A DNA stretch of 64,000 nucleotides from an uncultured Spirochaetota bacterium (GTDB lineage Bacteria; Spirochaetota; Spirochaetia; SZUA-6; Fen-1364): assembly GCA_963745235.1 (NCBI GenBank), contig CAVUXE010000029.1:1-64000 (forward strand), read 5' to 3'. Positions 1 to 10,580 of the stretch are shown piece by piece. The position numbers and the translations under genes are program-made. Position 1 is the first letter of the stretch, and every line of letters starts with the position of its first letter. The notes under the pieces were generated by a model. The model saw only the letters and a list, made by a program, of their open reading frames with translations, was not told the DNA's origin and ran no database searches.

Positions 1-19
1 TCTGTAACATTACACTATT

Positions 20-190
20 CTATGAACGTCGGATCTGGAGCTGATAGACGATAAGAACACCCAGGGTGGATGATTTCCCGTCAGCGTACGGCGGGTGCGC
101 CGCGTACGGATGGACTGGAAACGAGATCCTGCTGGTCACAAGGATCAGCCAGGCGACAAAGACTGCTGCTCTTGCAAGCTTCTGGAACAT
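20..190 (-). CDS. small hypothetical protein with signal-peptide-like N-terminus (56 aa; may be the frameshifted start of a longer gene)
   Basis: ATG at 190 preceded by GGAGG; MFQKLARAAVFVAWLILVT has a basic then hydrophobic N-terminus; below the ORF-track length cutoff. Confidence 0.3.
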   Translation of the reverse strand: MFQKLARAAVFVAWLILVTSRISFPVHPYAAHPPYADGKSSTLGVLIVYQLQIRRS

Positions 191-229
191 GGGGCCTCCA
201 GGACAAATATACCACCCGGGCCCGTTTCA

Positions 230-1792
230 TCAGCGGTACATCTGCATGAGCTGTACGAAGTTGTAGATCCTTTTGTAAACCGTGGCAATCAAGCCGCGAA
301 TGTCCCGGTCCATGGATGGCTTGAGGTGCTTCCAGTTCATGAGCAGTGTCGGGTTCGGTCTGACCACGTCGTCATGCGCCACCTTGAGCACCCGTGCGAT
401 GCCCACCAGATGCTGCACGGAGTCGCTGATCATGGCATGCGCCTCGTCGTTGATCTGGCGCAGCGTCACGCGCAGCTGCACAAGCGCCTTGCGGTCCCTT
501 TCAGTCCTGAGGGCGAACGTCTTCAGCCTCCGACCCGTCTCTCCGTCCTCCGCCAGGTCCTCGTCGAACAGCGCGATGGTCTCCGATTGCTTGAGAAGCT
601 GGTGGAAGGCCTCCGACATCTGCTGGGACGTCTCCTTGTTTGTCCACTTCCCCTTGATCAGGAGAAGGTCCACCACCTCCCGGATGCTCGTGGGCAGGTA
701 ATCGGTGAGGAAGGCGCGGAGGTAGTTCAGGGGGGCCACGTGGGAGAAGCCGCCGAGAAGCTTCTGGGAGAGCTCGGGGTTGACGTTCTCCGAGTAATTG
801 GCCAGCCGTGTAACCGCACCTGTCCCGAAGACCGCGCGCGCAAGCTGCTCGATCTTCTGGTTCCTGCGGCCCGCTGCCACCTTCTCCGCCGTCGTCTCCG
901 CCTCAGCCTTGATCTTCGCGAGGTACGGCTCGACGATCTTTTCATGATGGACGCGGACCATCGGCTTCCACTCGGGGTTTTGCGCCTGGCAGCGGACAAT
1001 TTTCAGGAGCACACCGGTACGCTGGATCTCCCGGATGCCCTGCAGGGCCTTGCGCAGGCCGTCACGGCCGACGACCTCGACCCCGCGGTGGGCCTTGAGG
1101 ACGGCAAGCATGCGGTCCCAATCCGCGTCTGGATCCACGTTGGGCAGGATCTCCAGGAAGTCCTGCAGCTCCTCCAGCACGTGCGAGCCGTCGATGGCCG
1201 CAAAGCGCGGGGCGTAGGTGAAATCCCTTTCGGGAAGCCCCTCGTCGAACTTTCTCAGCAGGAAATAGTAGTCGAAGCCGATCAGGTCCAGGAGGACGAG
1301 CAGGCGGTTGTACAGGGCATCGATCTCCGCCGTGGAGTCCACGTCAAACCGATCCAGGAACCTCTTGAGGTCCGCGTGCACCTCCGCTGACAGCGCGGCC
1401 GGGTCAGCCTTCCTGGACCGCTCATTGATGGAGGCCTCCGTGAGGCTCTCCCGCAGCGCGAGCTCCTCTTTCGTGAGCGTGAGGTCCACGAGGGTCGCCT
1501 TGAGCGCGCTGGAAGTCTCCGCTCCCTTCAACAGGATCTGGCCGGCCGCGAAAGCGCGGTACATGTCCCAGAAGAACCTGCCGAGTGCGGGCTCCGCGGT
1601 CGATTGCGAGGGATTGTAGTAGCGGGGGCGAGCTCTTCGAAGCTCCGCGACAATCTCTTTCAGCCGCCTTTGCTTCTGCCGTTCCGGGTCATCACTCAGG
1701 AACAGCGAGGCAAGCCAATCGATGAATCCCCCCGACTGCGCCGGGCGTTCACTCTTCTGGGTTGCGACTGTCCTGGGATTCTGAGAACCCAT
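230..1792 (-). CDS. DUF5312 family protein (spirochaete conserved hypothetical)
   Basis: 520-aa helical ORF with FDYYFLLRKFD...F.Y.P.F motif recalled from spirochaete DUF5312 proteins; sigma70-like promoter upstream. Confidence 0.75.
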   Translation of the reverse strand: MGSQNPRTVATQKSERPAQSGGFIDWLASLFLSDDPERQKQRRLKEIVAELRRARPRYYNPSQSTAEPALGRFFWDMYRAFAAGQILLKGAETSSALKATLVDLTLTKEELALRESLTEASINERSRKADPAALSAEVHADLKRFLDRFDVDSTAEIDALYNRLLVLLDLIGFDYYFLLRKFDEGLPERDFTYAPRFAAIDGSHVLEELQDFLEILPNVDPDADWDRMLAVLKAHRGVEVVGRDGLRKALQGIREIQRTGVLLKIVRCQAQNPEWKPMVRVHHEKIVEPYLAKIKAEAETTAEKVAAGRRNQKIEQLARAVFGTGAVTRLANYSENVNPELSQKLLGGFSHVAPLNYLRAFLTDYLPTSIREVVDLLLIKGKWTNKETSQQMSEAFHQLLKQSETIALFDEDLAEDGETGRRLKTFALRTERDRKALVQLRVTLRQINDEAHAMISDSVQHLVGIARVLKVAHDDVVRPNPTLLMNWKHLKPSMDRDIRGLIATVYKRIYNFVQLMQMYR

Positions 1793-1801
1793 CCTGAAAG
1801 G

Positions 1802-1830
1802 ATCGTAGGAGAAAAGGAATGGGCTGTCAA
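1802..1830 (-). promoter_or_regulatory. sigma70-like promoter for the DUF5312 gene
   Basis: TTGACA-17 bp-TACGAT on the minus strand, 9 nt from ATG 1792. Confidence 0.6.
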
Positions 1831-1866
1831 TGGAAAATGGCCAGACAGCGGCGGAGCACGCTCGTG

Positions 1867-1895
1867 TTGAAAATCCGTTCGGTTTCCGGTAGGAT
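1867..1895 (+). promoter_or_regulatory. sigma70-like promoter for rubredoxin-queG
   Basis: TTGAAA-17 bp-TAGGAT, followed by AAGGAG RBS. Confidence 0.55.
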
Positions 1896-1918
1896 GGGCT
1901 CTACGCAAAGGAGAGCAC

Positions 1919-2083
1919 ATGCAGAAGTGGATATGCACCGTGTGCGGATACATCTACGACCCGGGAAAAGGCGACCCGGAGAATGGCGTCGCTGCAGGGA
2001 CTTCATTCGATGACCTTCCCGCGGATTGGGTGTGTCCCGTATGCGGTGCCAGCAAGGACGACTTCGAAAAAACAGCTGCTTGA
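1919..2083 (+). CDS. rubredoxin (54 aa, missing from ORF track)
   Basis: [54 protein letters not shown]; two CxxCG knuckles; AAGGAG RBS. Confidence 0.97.
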   Translation: MQKWICTVCGYIYDPGKGDPENGVAAGTSFDDLPADWVCPVCGASKDDFEKTAA

Positions 2084-3096
2084 CGATCTCCCCTTCCGAG
2101 GCGCAGAAGGTCCTGGGCTTCGCTCGGGACCTCGGATTTTCGCGAGCCGGCTTCGTTGATCCGGGAGCCCTGGCAGGCCGCGCGGCACCTCTTCCCCCAG
2201 ATGACCTGGAATGGCAGTGGGCAACGCGGCCCCATGAATGGAAGGATCGTGCTTCGATTCTGGTCTGTTGCCTGTCCTGTCATCGCCGAGAGCCCTCGGA
2301 CCTGTCCACACCGGATGATCCGCACGGGCTGATAGCGCCGTTCGCACGAAGAAACTACTACAAGACAGCCGCCCGCCTGATGGGCAGGCTCGTTGCCCGC
2401 ATGGAAGACGAGCTTCGCATCCCGAAAAAGGACGTCCGCATCTTCAGCAATTCCCGGTTGCCGGAGAAGCCGCTCTGTGTTGCCGCGGGACTCGCGTGGC
2501 AGGGGAAGAACGGATTGTGCATCGCCCCGGGTCTCGGATCCCTGTTCGTGATCGCGGGAGCAGTGATTCCGCGCGCGCTGGCGGAAGCCGCCTTCTTCGC
2601 GCCGCGGATGGAAGATTTGTGCGGAAGCTGCCGGAAGTGCATGGATGCCTGCCCGTCAGGCGCTCTTGCGACTCCCGGAGCCGTGGATCGCGCGAAATGC
2701 CTGCAGGGGTTCGCGGCGGACCCGGTTGTGCTTGATCCGGCGGTGATGGAAACGTGGGGCGCGCGGCTGTACGGGTGCCAGGATTGCCAATCCGCGTGCC
2801 CGCACAACCGGCACCTGTTGGAGGAAGGCCCGCCGGCGGTCGGGGAGATCGGACCAAGCGTGTCGCTTCGTTGGTTCCTTTCCCTGGACGAACGTCGAGT
2901 GAAAGAGCTGTTTCACGGCACGGCGATGGGTCTTTCCTGGATCTCCAGAGATGCCCTGGTGCGGAATGCCATTGTCGCCGCAGGCAACAGCAACAACCCA
3001 GCTCTTCGCGGGTGCATCACACCGTATCTCGGCAGCGCGACGCGCGCGCTCGACGAGGCTGCACGCTGGGCCCTGGAAAGGATGACCGGCGCCTGA
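2080..3096 (+). CDS. queG: epoxyqueuosine reductase QueG-like 4Fe-4S protein
   Basis: [31 protein letters not shown] motifs and C-terminal [13 protein letters not shown]-like region; TTG start overlaps the rubredoxin stop. Confidence 0.85.
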   Translation: MTISPSEAQKVLGFARDLGFSRAGFVDPGALAGRAAPLPPDDLEWQWATRPHEWKDRASILVCCLSCHRREPSDLSTPDDPHGLIAPFARRNYYKTAARLMGRLVARMEDELRIPKKDVRIFSNSRLPEKPLCVAAGLAWQGKNGLCIAPGLGSLFVIAGAVIPRALAEAAFFAPRMEDLCGSCRKCMDACPSGALATPGAVDRAKCLQGFAADPVVLDPAVMETWGARLYGCQDCQSACPHNRHLLEEGPPAVGEIGPSVSLRWFLSLDERRVKELFHGTAMGLSWISRDALVRNAIVAAGNSNNPALRGCITPYLGSATRALDEAARWALERMTGA

Positions 3097-3118
3097 GACA
3101 GCGCCGGCCTCCCAACGC

Positions 3119-3376
3119 TTAGCGTCTGCCTCCGGCGAAGAATGCGAAGATCACGAAAATCGGCAGGACGACCAGCAGGAGCAGGTCCCCGACCACAGGG
3201 AGACCTGAGACCAGATTGTAATCATACACCTTGGGGATGTATTGCTTGAAAAGCACAATGAGGAACCAGAGAATCCCGGCGAGAGAGAGAAAGACGTTGC
3301 GCTGCCGTGCGAGGTTCCAGATCCCGAGAATAGCGGCAATGATTGCGAGAATCAGGTAGACAGTGCTCCATCCCAT
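3119..3376 (-). CDS. small membrane protein (about 3 TM)
   Basis: 85-aa ORF with three hydrophobic segments; GGAG upstream. Confidence 0.7.
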   Translation of the reverse strand: MGWSTVYLILAIIAAILGIWNLARQRNVFLSLAGILWFLIVLFKQYIPKVYDYNLVSGLPVVGDLLLLVVLPIFVIFAFFAGGRR

Positions 3377-3448
3377 TCTACGTCTCCTTGGCGGAAATTT
3401 TCTTCCCCGCCAGTCTCACAAAAATCCCTCTCGGGGTCAAGATCAACG

Positions 3449-4943
3449 TCACTGGCCATACCCCAGGGAGCGCAGGGCCTTTTCGGCCTCCATCCTCTCG
3501 TCCCACGGAGCTGGCCCCCCGGGACCAATGATGCTTCCTTCGTGTCCCTTGCCCAGCAGGAGGACAACGTCTCCGGCCGACGCCTGCCCGGAATGCGTGT
3601 CGTATGGCCTCCGGCCGGTCGGGGATGAGGAAAAGGTCCTTGCCTCTCTCCTTGCTCCCGCAGCCCTCCGCGATCTGCTCCAGGATCAGGAGACGGTCCT
3701 CACCGCGCGGGTCCTCGTCCGTGATGACAAGGGTGTCGCAGTACCGGGATGCCGCCTGCCCCTGCATCGGTCTCTTGGCCCGATCCCTCTCTCCCGCTGA
3801 TCCGAAGACGGCGGTTACCTTGCCTCGAGTCCTCTTCCTGATCCAGGGAAAGAGCCTCTCGAAAGCCCCCGGCGTGTGGGCGTAATCCACGATGACCGTG
3901 AAGGGCTGGCCAAGATCGACGCTCTCCATCCTGCCTTTGACGCCATGAAGCTTCTCCAGAAGCGGAGCAAGGGAGAGCGGATCGAGGTCCAGGAGCCGGG
4001 AGACGGTGAGGGAGGCTGCCAGGGCATTTTCAACCCAGAACGGGCCGGGGATTCGAAGGCGGGCAGGGGCCTCCCTGCCATCGCAGGACAGACGGAAGCA
4101 CGAGCCCGTCATGTCTTCAGCCGGGTCACGGGCTACAAGGTCCGCATCTCCCCGCGCGGCATACGTGTGCACGGGGGCCTTGCAGGCGGTGCGGAAGTAC
4201 GCCGCGCTCGGATCATCTGCATTCACGACCGCGAAGCCCCGGGCGGCGCGAAAGAGGTTGGCCTTGTCCGACCTGTACTGCTCGAAGGTGCCGTGAAACT
4301 CCAGGTGCTCATGGGTGACATTCGTGAGCACCGCCGCATCGAAGTCCACGTCGCCCAGCCTGTTCGTCCGCGTCGAAAGGCCGTGCGAGGTGGCCTCCAC
4401 AATGGCGAACTCCAGGCCGCCATCCGCCATGTCGCGGAGCATGCCATGGATCTCGCTCGCCTCCGGGGTGGACTGGCGGAAAGGGTTCTTGACGATCTTG
4501 TCCGCTGTCTGGAAAGAGACGGTGGACAGGAACCCCGTCCGCCTGCCCATGAGGGACAGGAGCTGGGTGATGAACCACACGGTGGAGCTCTTCCCGTCCG
4601 TACCTGTCACCCCCACCACGCGAAGGGAGCGCGACGGGTGATCGAAGAACTGCGCGGCAATGGGGGACAGGGAGCCGCGGGGGTTCTCCAGGCGGACGTA
4701 CGTGACCCCTTCTGCCGCGGTTTCCACCGGCAGCGCGTGAACCACCGCGGATGCTCCGCGCGCCACCGCGTCACCTACGAACCTGTGCCCATCCGCGTGA
4801 AGGCCGTCCATCGCAACGAAGAGGAAGCCTGGCTCTACGTCGCGCGAGTCGTAGGCGATGCCCGTCATCCGCCTGTCCATGTCGCCGCGCGTTTCAAGGA
4901 CCGGCAGCCCGGCAAAGATCTCACGAAGGGCCTTCTCCCGCAT
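3449..4943 (-). CDS. murE: UDP-N-acetylmuramoyl-L-alanyl-D-glutamate--diamino acid ligase MurE (1-bp indel near 3590, probably a sequencing error)
   Basis: DSR, VTGTDGKSS, STPE, DYAHTP, DEDPR motifs; the C-terminus DVVLLLGKGHEGS continues in another frame to TGA at 3449. Confidence 0.9.
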
Positions 4944-5037
4944 GAGCAAATGCTACCCGGCCGGGCTTCGGGGCGCAAGAGCGCCTGATGCTCCGACTCC
5001 GCACGCGGCGCCCGCACGTGGACGCACCGCGGCCCGT

Positions 5038-5066
5038 TTGAAATCGGAAAGTGAAATCGCTATGCT
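5038..5066 (+). promoter_or_regulatory. sigma70-like promoter, probably leaderless, for queD
   Basis: TTGAAA-17 bp-TATGCT, 6 nt before ATG 5073. Confidence 0.55.
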
Positions 5067-5072
5067 GGAGGC

Positions 5073-5438
5073 ATGTATACCGTGCGGATCGAGGACGGTT
5101 TCGCCGCCGCGCATTTCCTGACCCGCTACCACGGCAGGTGCGAAAGACTGCACGGCCACAACTACAAGGTCCTCGTGACGGCCTCAGGAACAGAGCTGGA
5201 TGACGGGGGAATGCTGCTGGATTTCGGCGTCATGAAGAGCGCCCTCCGAAAGGTCGTCCTGGAGCTCGACCACACAAGCCTGAACGATCACCCGGCATTC
5301 AGCGACGGGTGCCCCAGCGCGGAGAGGATTGCGCGCTTCATCTACGACAAGATGCACGCGGAGCTCCCTGATGCCCGTCTCACTCTCGTGGAGGTCTTCG
5401 AAACGGACAGGAACAGGGCAACCTTCTCCCCTGATTGA
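5073..5438 (+). CDS. queD: 6-carboxytetrahydropterin synthase QueD
   Basis: FAAAH, CERLHGHNY, LDH..LND, PSAE, VFET motifs. Confidence 0.92.
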   Translation: MYTVRIEDGFAAAHFLTRYHGRCERLHGHNYKVLVTASGTELDDGGMLLDFGVMKSALRKVVLELDHTSLNDHPAFSDGCPSAERIARFIYDKMHAELPDARLTLVEVFETDRNRATFSPD

Positions 5439-7142
5439 ATCGCCTGATCGACTTCCATCATCCCTACCTCACCAGCCAGCTCATCGCGTACATCGGCAAC
5501 AAGCGCGCGCTCCTGAGGTTCCTCCACGATGTCTTTCGCGGCGTGGCCGCGCAGGCGGAGGGGGGCGGCACCCGGGCCGCGGCTCCTGTCTTCCTGGACC
5601 CATTTGCCGGCAGCGGCGCCGTGTCCCGGCTCGCGCGGCTGATGGGTTTCTCCGTCGCCGCCAACGACTGGGAGACGTATTCGCACGCCATCAACTCCTG
5701 CCACATCGCGCTCTCGGCGGGCGAGGTGAGCGCCCTGTTTGCGCCGCAGGGCGGGTTGGACCTCGTGCTCGAAAGGCTCAACAATCTCCCCCCTCCGCCG
5801 CAAGAGGCTCGCTACATTTCCCGCTACTACGCTCCCCGCCGGACTGAATCCGCGGACTGGGCTACGGAGAGGCTGTTTTACACCACGGAAAACGCCCTGA
5901 GAATAGATGCCATCAGGCAGCGGATCGAGGAGATGTACCCCGGCGAGCCGATTGAGCCCGGCGAGCGAAAGCGAAAAGCCGCCCTTGTGGCGCCTCTTCT
6001 CTACGAGGCGGCCACGCACACCAACACGTCGGGAGTCTTCAAGGCCTGCCACCGCGGTTTTGGCGGCCATGGTCGGGACGCCCTGACGCGGATCATGGCG
6101 CCAATCTGGCTGCGATCCGCCGGTCCTGATAGAGTCCGCGCCCTCAACCGTTTCCCGCGAGGACGCGGCGAAGTTCCTCGCCGGGAGGCGAGCGGACATC
6201 TGCTACCTGGACCCCCCGTACGCCACGCACCAGTACGGGAGCAACTACTTCATGCTCAATTCCGTGGCGCTCTGGGACAAGCCGCCGGTGAGCCAGGAGC
6301 GTGGCGCTGACGGCCGACTATTGAAAAAGGCGGGCATCCGCGAGGACTGGACCAGGACCCGCTCCGCCTTCTGCTATCCCGCCACGGCCCGCGAGGCGCT
6401 GCGGGAGGTGGTGAACGCGGCGGACTGCCGGCACCTCGTTGTCAGCTACAGCGACGAGGGGCTGATCAGCCTGGAGGAGCTATGCGACCTGTTGTCGGAG
6501 ACCGGCGCCCTCACCGTCCGCACCACCGGCTACGTGAAGTATCCCGGGGGCAAACAGAGCCTGGGGCGAAGGACGAGCAACATCGAGCTGGCGCTCGTTG
6601 TTGACCGTCACGTGCGGCCCGGCAGGCCAAGGACCGATCGGATCTTGAGGGAGGTGACTGGCGCGCGGCTTCTCGGCAGGGCATTCAATCCCGATCGCAT
6701 TCGGCAGGCGTTCTTTGCCGAGCCCGGGGGGATTGTCCTTGACCCCACGGGAGCCGGCCTGCGCCTGTCGATGCGCCATCATTGGCGGTTTGCTCCCGAG
6801 GCGCGGGTGCCGTCCTTTTCCACGGCAGAGGAGGCGGACGGCTTCCTTGCCGCGCTCGCCTCCTGCGAGGTCACCGACGTGAGGGAAGAGATCGAAGTCC
6901 TCGTTGGCGTGGCGCGGGCGGAGCAGGAGCAAGGGGAAAAAAAGCGGCTGCTGCGTGATATGCTCAGGCTCTTTAACAAGCTCGCTCACCGCAAGTACGC
7001 AGCGGAGTTTGCGGGAGCTCTCGAGTCTCTCCAGCGCTTCGCGGGGGAGCTCGAAGAGCCGGAGCGGTTTCGGGCGGGACTTGCCCGGGTTGTGGAGACC
7101 GCCAAAGCCAGGGGTGAAGGCCGGCCGTCGCGCAGGAGCTGA
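5435..7142 (+). CDS. N6-adenine DNA methyltransferase (D12/FokI-like class), 1-bp indel near 6120
   Basis: YIGNKRALL and DPFAGSG (SAM binding) in the first frame; YLDPPY..HQYGSNY and VSYS.EG in the second; TTG start overlaps the queD stop. Confidence 0.85.
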
Positions 7143-7198
7143 CGGCCAGCTGACGGCCGGCCCGCCGGATTACCGGCAGGCCGGAACTACCGCGGGGC

Positions 7199-8188
7199 CT
7201 ACCTCCCCCTCTTGTTGTACAGGTACTTGTAGAAATCCGAGTCCGTGCTCAGCGTCTTGTTGAACTTCGGCAGGAGCGCCTTATATTCCTCCAGCGCCAT
7301 CCAGTAGTCGGCAAACTCGGGATCCTTGCTGTAGGCCTTGTTGCGGATATCCAGGGCCTCTGCGTCAGCCTTGGCCTTGATCTCCTTGGCTTTTCTTTCC
7401 GCGTCGGACTGGATCTGCAGGAGCTCCCGCGTGGTCTGGCCGAGCCACTTCGCCTTTTCCCCCTCGCCGTCGGAGCGGAAGGCCTGGGCGATCTGGTTTC
7501 TCTCCTTGATCATACGGTCGTACACGCTCGGGGTCAGGTCGTCGGAGTACTTGATCTGGCGAATGATCACGTCGATGAGCTCCATCCCGTACTGCGGCAT
7601 GATGGTCCTTGCCTCGTTCAGCATCTCGATGGAGAGCGCGCGGCGCCCTACAGTGATAGGCTCGTACTGGGTCTCAGCAAGCGTCGAGATGTTGCTCAGC
7701 GCCGCCGAGCTTTCCGCTGATCCGGCCACGCTGGCAAGCGCGTTGGTCCTCTTGATCGTGCTGATGACGTTGGAATCCCGTACCGCTTCCCGCAGCGGAT
7801 TCTTGGAGATGATCTTTCTCACCTCGGAATCGATTACGTCGTCCAGCCTGCCCTGGGCCTGCGTCATGGAACCGACTGACTCATAGAACTTCTTGGGGTC
7901 GGAAATGCGCCACCGCGCCGTGGTGTCCACCCAGATGAACTGGTTTTCCGAGGTGGGGATCCTCTGGGCGTCCCCGTCCCAGGACTGCACCTTCTTCGAA
8001 TATTTGACCACGCTTTCCACAAAGGGGACCTTGTACTTCAGGCCCGCCTGCGTCTCCACCCTGACGATCCTGCCGAACTGGACCACCACGGCCTGCTCGC
8101 CCTCCGTGAGGATGTAGTACGGGCCGAGCAGGGAAGCAATGAGGAGGACCACGCCGACGATGACCAGAATGACTATTGTCCTTCTCAT
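7199..8188 (-). CDS. hflC: protease modulator HflC
   Basis: N-terminal TM, SPFH domain, VYDRMIKER...FRSDG.GE, AYSKDPEF motifs. Confidence 0.93.
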   Translation of the reverse strand: MRRTIVILVIVGVVLLIASLLGPYYILTEGEQAVVVQFGRIVRVETQAGLKYKVPFVESVVKYSKKVQSWDGDAQRIPTSENQFIWVDTTARWRISDPKKFYESVGSMTQAQGRLDDVIDSEVRKIISKNPLREAVRDSNVISTIKRTNALASVAGSAESSAALSNISTLAETQYEPITVGRRALSIEMLNEARTIMPQYGMELIDVIIRQIKYSDDLTPSVYDRMIKERNQIAQAFRSDGEGEKAKWLGQTTRELLQIQSDAERKAKEIKAKADAEALDIRNKAYSKDPEFADYWMALEEYKALLPKFNKTLSTDSDFYKYLYNKRGR

Positions 8189-9288
8189 TGTGAGCCTCCC
8201 TGGTCCGTGGTGGACTGGTTGTTGGCCGGCTGATTGGTTGTCGATTGGGAGGTGGCCGGCGCCGTTGCGGCCGGGGCAGGGGTGGCTGCCTGCTCGGGGC
8301 CGGGTGACGGCGCTGCCGCCGTTGGGGCCCCGCCGCCCATGCTCTTCAAAGGAAGAAAGTTTTTGAGGTTCTTGTCGATGAGGTCCGTGCCGTCCGCGTT
8401 GGCGAACACCCGGTCATACATCTCGTAGTACAGCCGGGTTCGAACCACGTCCGGCGCTTTTCTGTATTCGCCGAGCACGGCATTGAATCGGGCCACGTCC
8501 CCCTTGGCCTCGTTAACCCGCTGAATGGCATACCCCTGGGCTTCCTGGATGGTTTGCTCGGCCTGTCCGCTTGCCCGGGGAATGGCCTGGTTGTACGCCT
8601 CCTTGCCTTCGTTGATCATGCGGCTCCTGTCCTGGATTGCCTTGTTCACGTCCTCGAAGGCGTCCTGGACGGATCCCTTCGGAGGAACGATGTTCTGCAG
8701 CTTCACCGTTGTCACGTGGATGCCCAGGCCGTAGGACTTATAGAGCTGATTCATCATCTCCTGGCCCTGCAGCTCGATGTTGGCCCTTTCTGCGCCGATC
8801 ACATCGAATATCGTGCGGTCTCCGACCAGCATGTTGATGACGGACTGCGAGATGTCCCGGATGGTCTTGTGCTGGTCAGCGACGTTGAACAGCCATGCCC
8901 GCGCGTCGGTGATCTGGTACTGGATGATCCACTCCACGTCGATGATGTTGAGATCCCCGGTGAGCATGATGGACTCCGAGGAGTAGTCCGCCGTCGAATA
9001 GGTGGAGACGATGCCGGGCATCGTGGTCCGGAACCCGAACTCCTCCTTGAGGATTCTCTGCGTCGGCACATTGTAATTCTTCTCCACTCCAAAGGGCACT
9101 TTGAAATGGAGACCCGGTCCCACCATGCGGGAGAACTTTCCGAAGTTCAAAACCACGGCCTCTTCCTTCTGGTCCACCACGAAGAAGCTGGAAAACAGGA
9201 GGATGATGGCAAGAACCACGCCAATGGCGATGAGAAGCAGGGCCGGCGTGATCCTGCGGATTCCCTTTCCAGGGGTGACGTCTGTCAT
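8185..9288 (-). CDS. hflK: FtsH protease activity modulator HflK
   Basis: PGLHFK.PFG, MLTGDLNIIDV, AFEDV..A.QD, IPRASG, RTRLYYE motifs; overlaps hflC. Confidence 0.93.
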   Translation of the reverse strand: MTDVTPGKGIRRITPALLLIAIGVVLAIILLFSSFFVVDQKEEAVVLNFGKFSRMVGPGLHFKVPFGVEKNYNVPTQRILKEEFGFRTTMPGIVSTYSTADYSSESIMLTGDLNIIDVEWIIQYQITDARAWLFNVADQHKTIRDISQSVINMLVGDRTIFDVIGAERANIELQGQEMMNQLYKSYGLGIHVTTVKLQNIVPPKGSVQDAFEDVNKAIQDRSRMINEGKEAYNQAIPRASGQAEQTIQEAQGYAIQRVNEAKGDVARFNAVLGEYRKAPDVVRTRLYYEMYDRVFANADGTDLIDKNLKNFLPLKSMGGGAPTAAAPSPGPEQAATPAPAATAPATSQSTTNQPANNQSTTDQGGSQ

Positions 9289-9359
9289 AGAATCTCCTAT
9301 CAGCGGTATGCCGGACTACTATAGCACACACAGGGCGGAAGAATAGCCTTCGTTCTGAT

Positions 9360-10580
9360 ATGATGCCTGCCAGTCAGATGAAGAAGCGACACGGGGGAAC
9401 GCCGCTGGAAGTGCTGGCCGCTGCGGGCCGGCTCGGCATCACGTCATTCGGGGGTCCCATCGCCCACCTCGGATATTTCCACGCCGAGTATGTTGTCCGA
9501 AGGAAGTGGCTGGATGAGCAAAGCTACGCCGACCTGGTTGCTCTGTGCCAGATGATTCCCGGCCCCGCGAGCAGCCAGCTGGGCATCGCAATCGGCATCC
9601 ACAGGGCAGGGGTGCTCGGCGGCCTGGCCGCCTGGATCGGTTTCACCCTGCCGTCCGCCATCGCCCTGGTTGCTTTTGCGCTCCTGGCGCATGGATCAGG
9701 AATATCCGCGGGCTGGCTGCACGGATTGATGGTGGTTGCCGTAGCGGTGGTGGCGCAGGCCGTGTGGACCATGGCTCGCGCCATGGCTTCCGACGCGCCC
9801 CGTGCCACCATTGCGTTCGCCGCTGCAATCGTCGGGATTCTTCTTCCGTCCTCGCTGACACAGGTCTCCATCATCATCGCGGGCGCTCTTGCCGGACTGG
9901 CCTTTCTCAGGTCACCCGCGGGGGAGGAGCCGGTCAGGTCAGCCAGCTTCGAGGGAATCAGTCGGGCGGCTGCGTTCTCATGCCTGGCCGCCTTCGCGGT
10001 GATCCTCCTGGGACTTCCCGCCCTGCGTGCTGTCACGCATTCCCAGTTCGTTGCGGTGGTGGACAGCTTCTACCGCAGCGGTTCCCTCGTGTTCGGCGGC
10101 GGCCACGTGGTCCTGCCGCTCCTGCAGCGTGAAGTAGTGCCCCCCGGGTGGGTGTCGGACGCGACTTTCCTCTCGGGATACGGTGCCGCGCAGGCGGTCC
10201 CGGGTCCGTTGTTCACATTCGCCGCTTACCTTGGCGCAGTGCTGGGGCCGGCCCCCAAAGGCGTGCTGGGAGCCGGGGTCGCTCTCCTGGCCATCTATCT
10301 CCCGTCCTTCCTCCTCGTCATCGGGTTGCTTCCATTCTATGGCGCGCTTCGAGCCAGGCGGTCGGTGCGCAGCGCCCTCTCAGGGGTCAACGCCGCCGTT
10401 GTGGGGATATTGCTCGCCGCGCTCTACGCGCCGGTCTGGACGAGCTCGATCCTGAGCCCTGCGGATTTTGCGCTCGGGCTCGCGGCATTCCTGCTGCTCA
10501 TGGTCTGGAAAGTGAGGCCGTGGATCATCGTCGTCGGGGGCGCGATTGCGGGGGAAGCGCTCAAGCTCTTCCTCTCGTAG
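9360..10580 (+). CDS. chrA: chromate efflux transporter (long-chain CHR family)
   Basis: SFGGPIAHLGYF, PGPASSQ, VFGGGHVVLPLL, AQAVPGPLFTFAAYLG motifs. Confidence 0.93.
   Translation: MMPASQMKKRHGGTPLEVLAAAGRLGITSFGGPIAHLGYFHAEYVVRRKWLDEQSYADLVALCQMIPGPASSQLGIAIGIHRAGVLGGLAAWIGFTLPSAIALVAFALLAHGSGISAGWLHGLMVVAVAVVAQAVWTMARAMASDAPRATIAFAAAIVGILLPSSLTQVSIIIAGALAGLAFLRSPAGEEPVRSASFEGISRAAAFSCLAAFAVILLGLPALRAVTHSQFVAVVDSFYRSGSLVFGGGHVVLPLLQREVVPPGWVSDATFLSGYGAAQAVPGPLFTFAAYLGAVLGPAPKGVLGAGVALLAIYLPSFLLVIGLLPFYGALRARRSVRSALSGVNAAVVGILLAALYAPVWTSSILSPADFALGLAAFLLLMVWKVRPWIIVVGGAIAGEALKLFLS

Noticed and set aside
95-1390. 431-aa plus-strand ORF and similar long antisense ORFs (3876-4988, 42753-43640, 60706-63072)
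   Set aside because: Shadow ORFs opposite well-supported genes in GC-rich DNA, with no motifs
3378-3600. murE as a pseudogene or with a novel C-terminus
   Set aside because: The canonical GKGHE C-terminus is present in the adjacent frame of a normally essential gene, so this is most likely a sequencing indel
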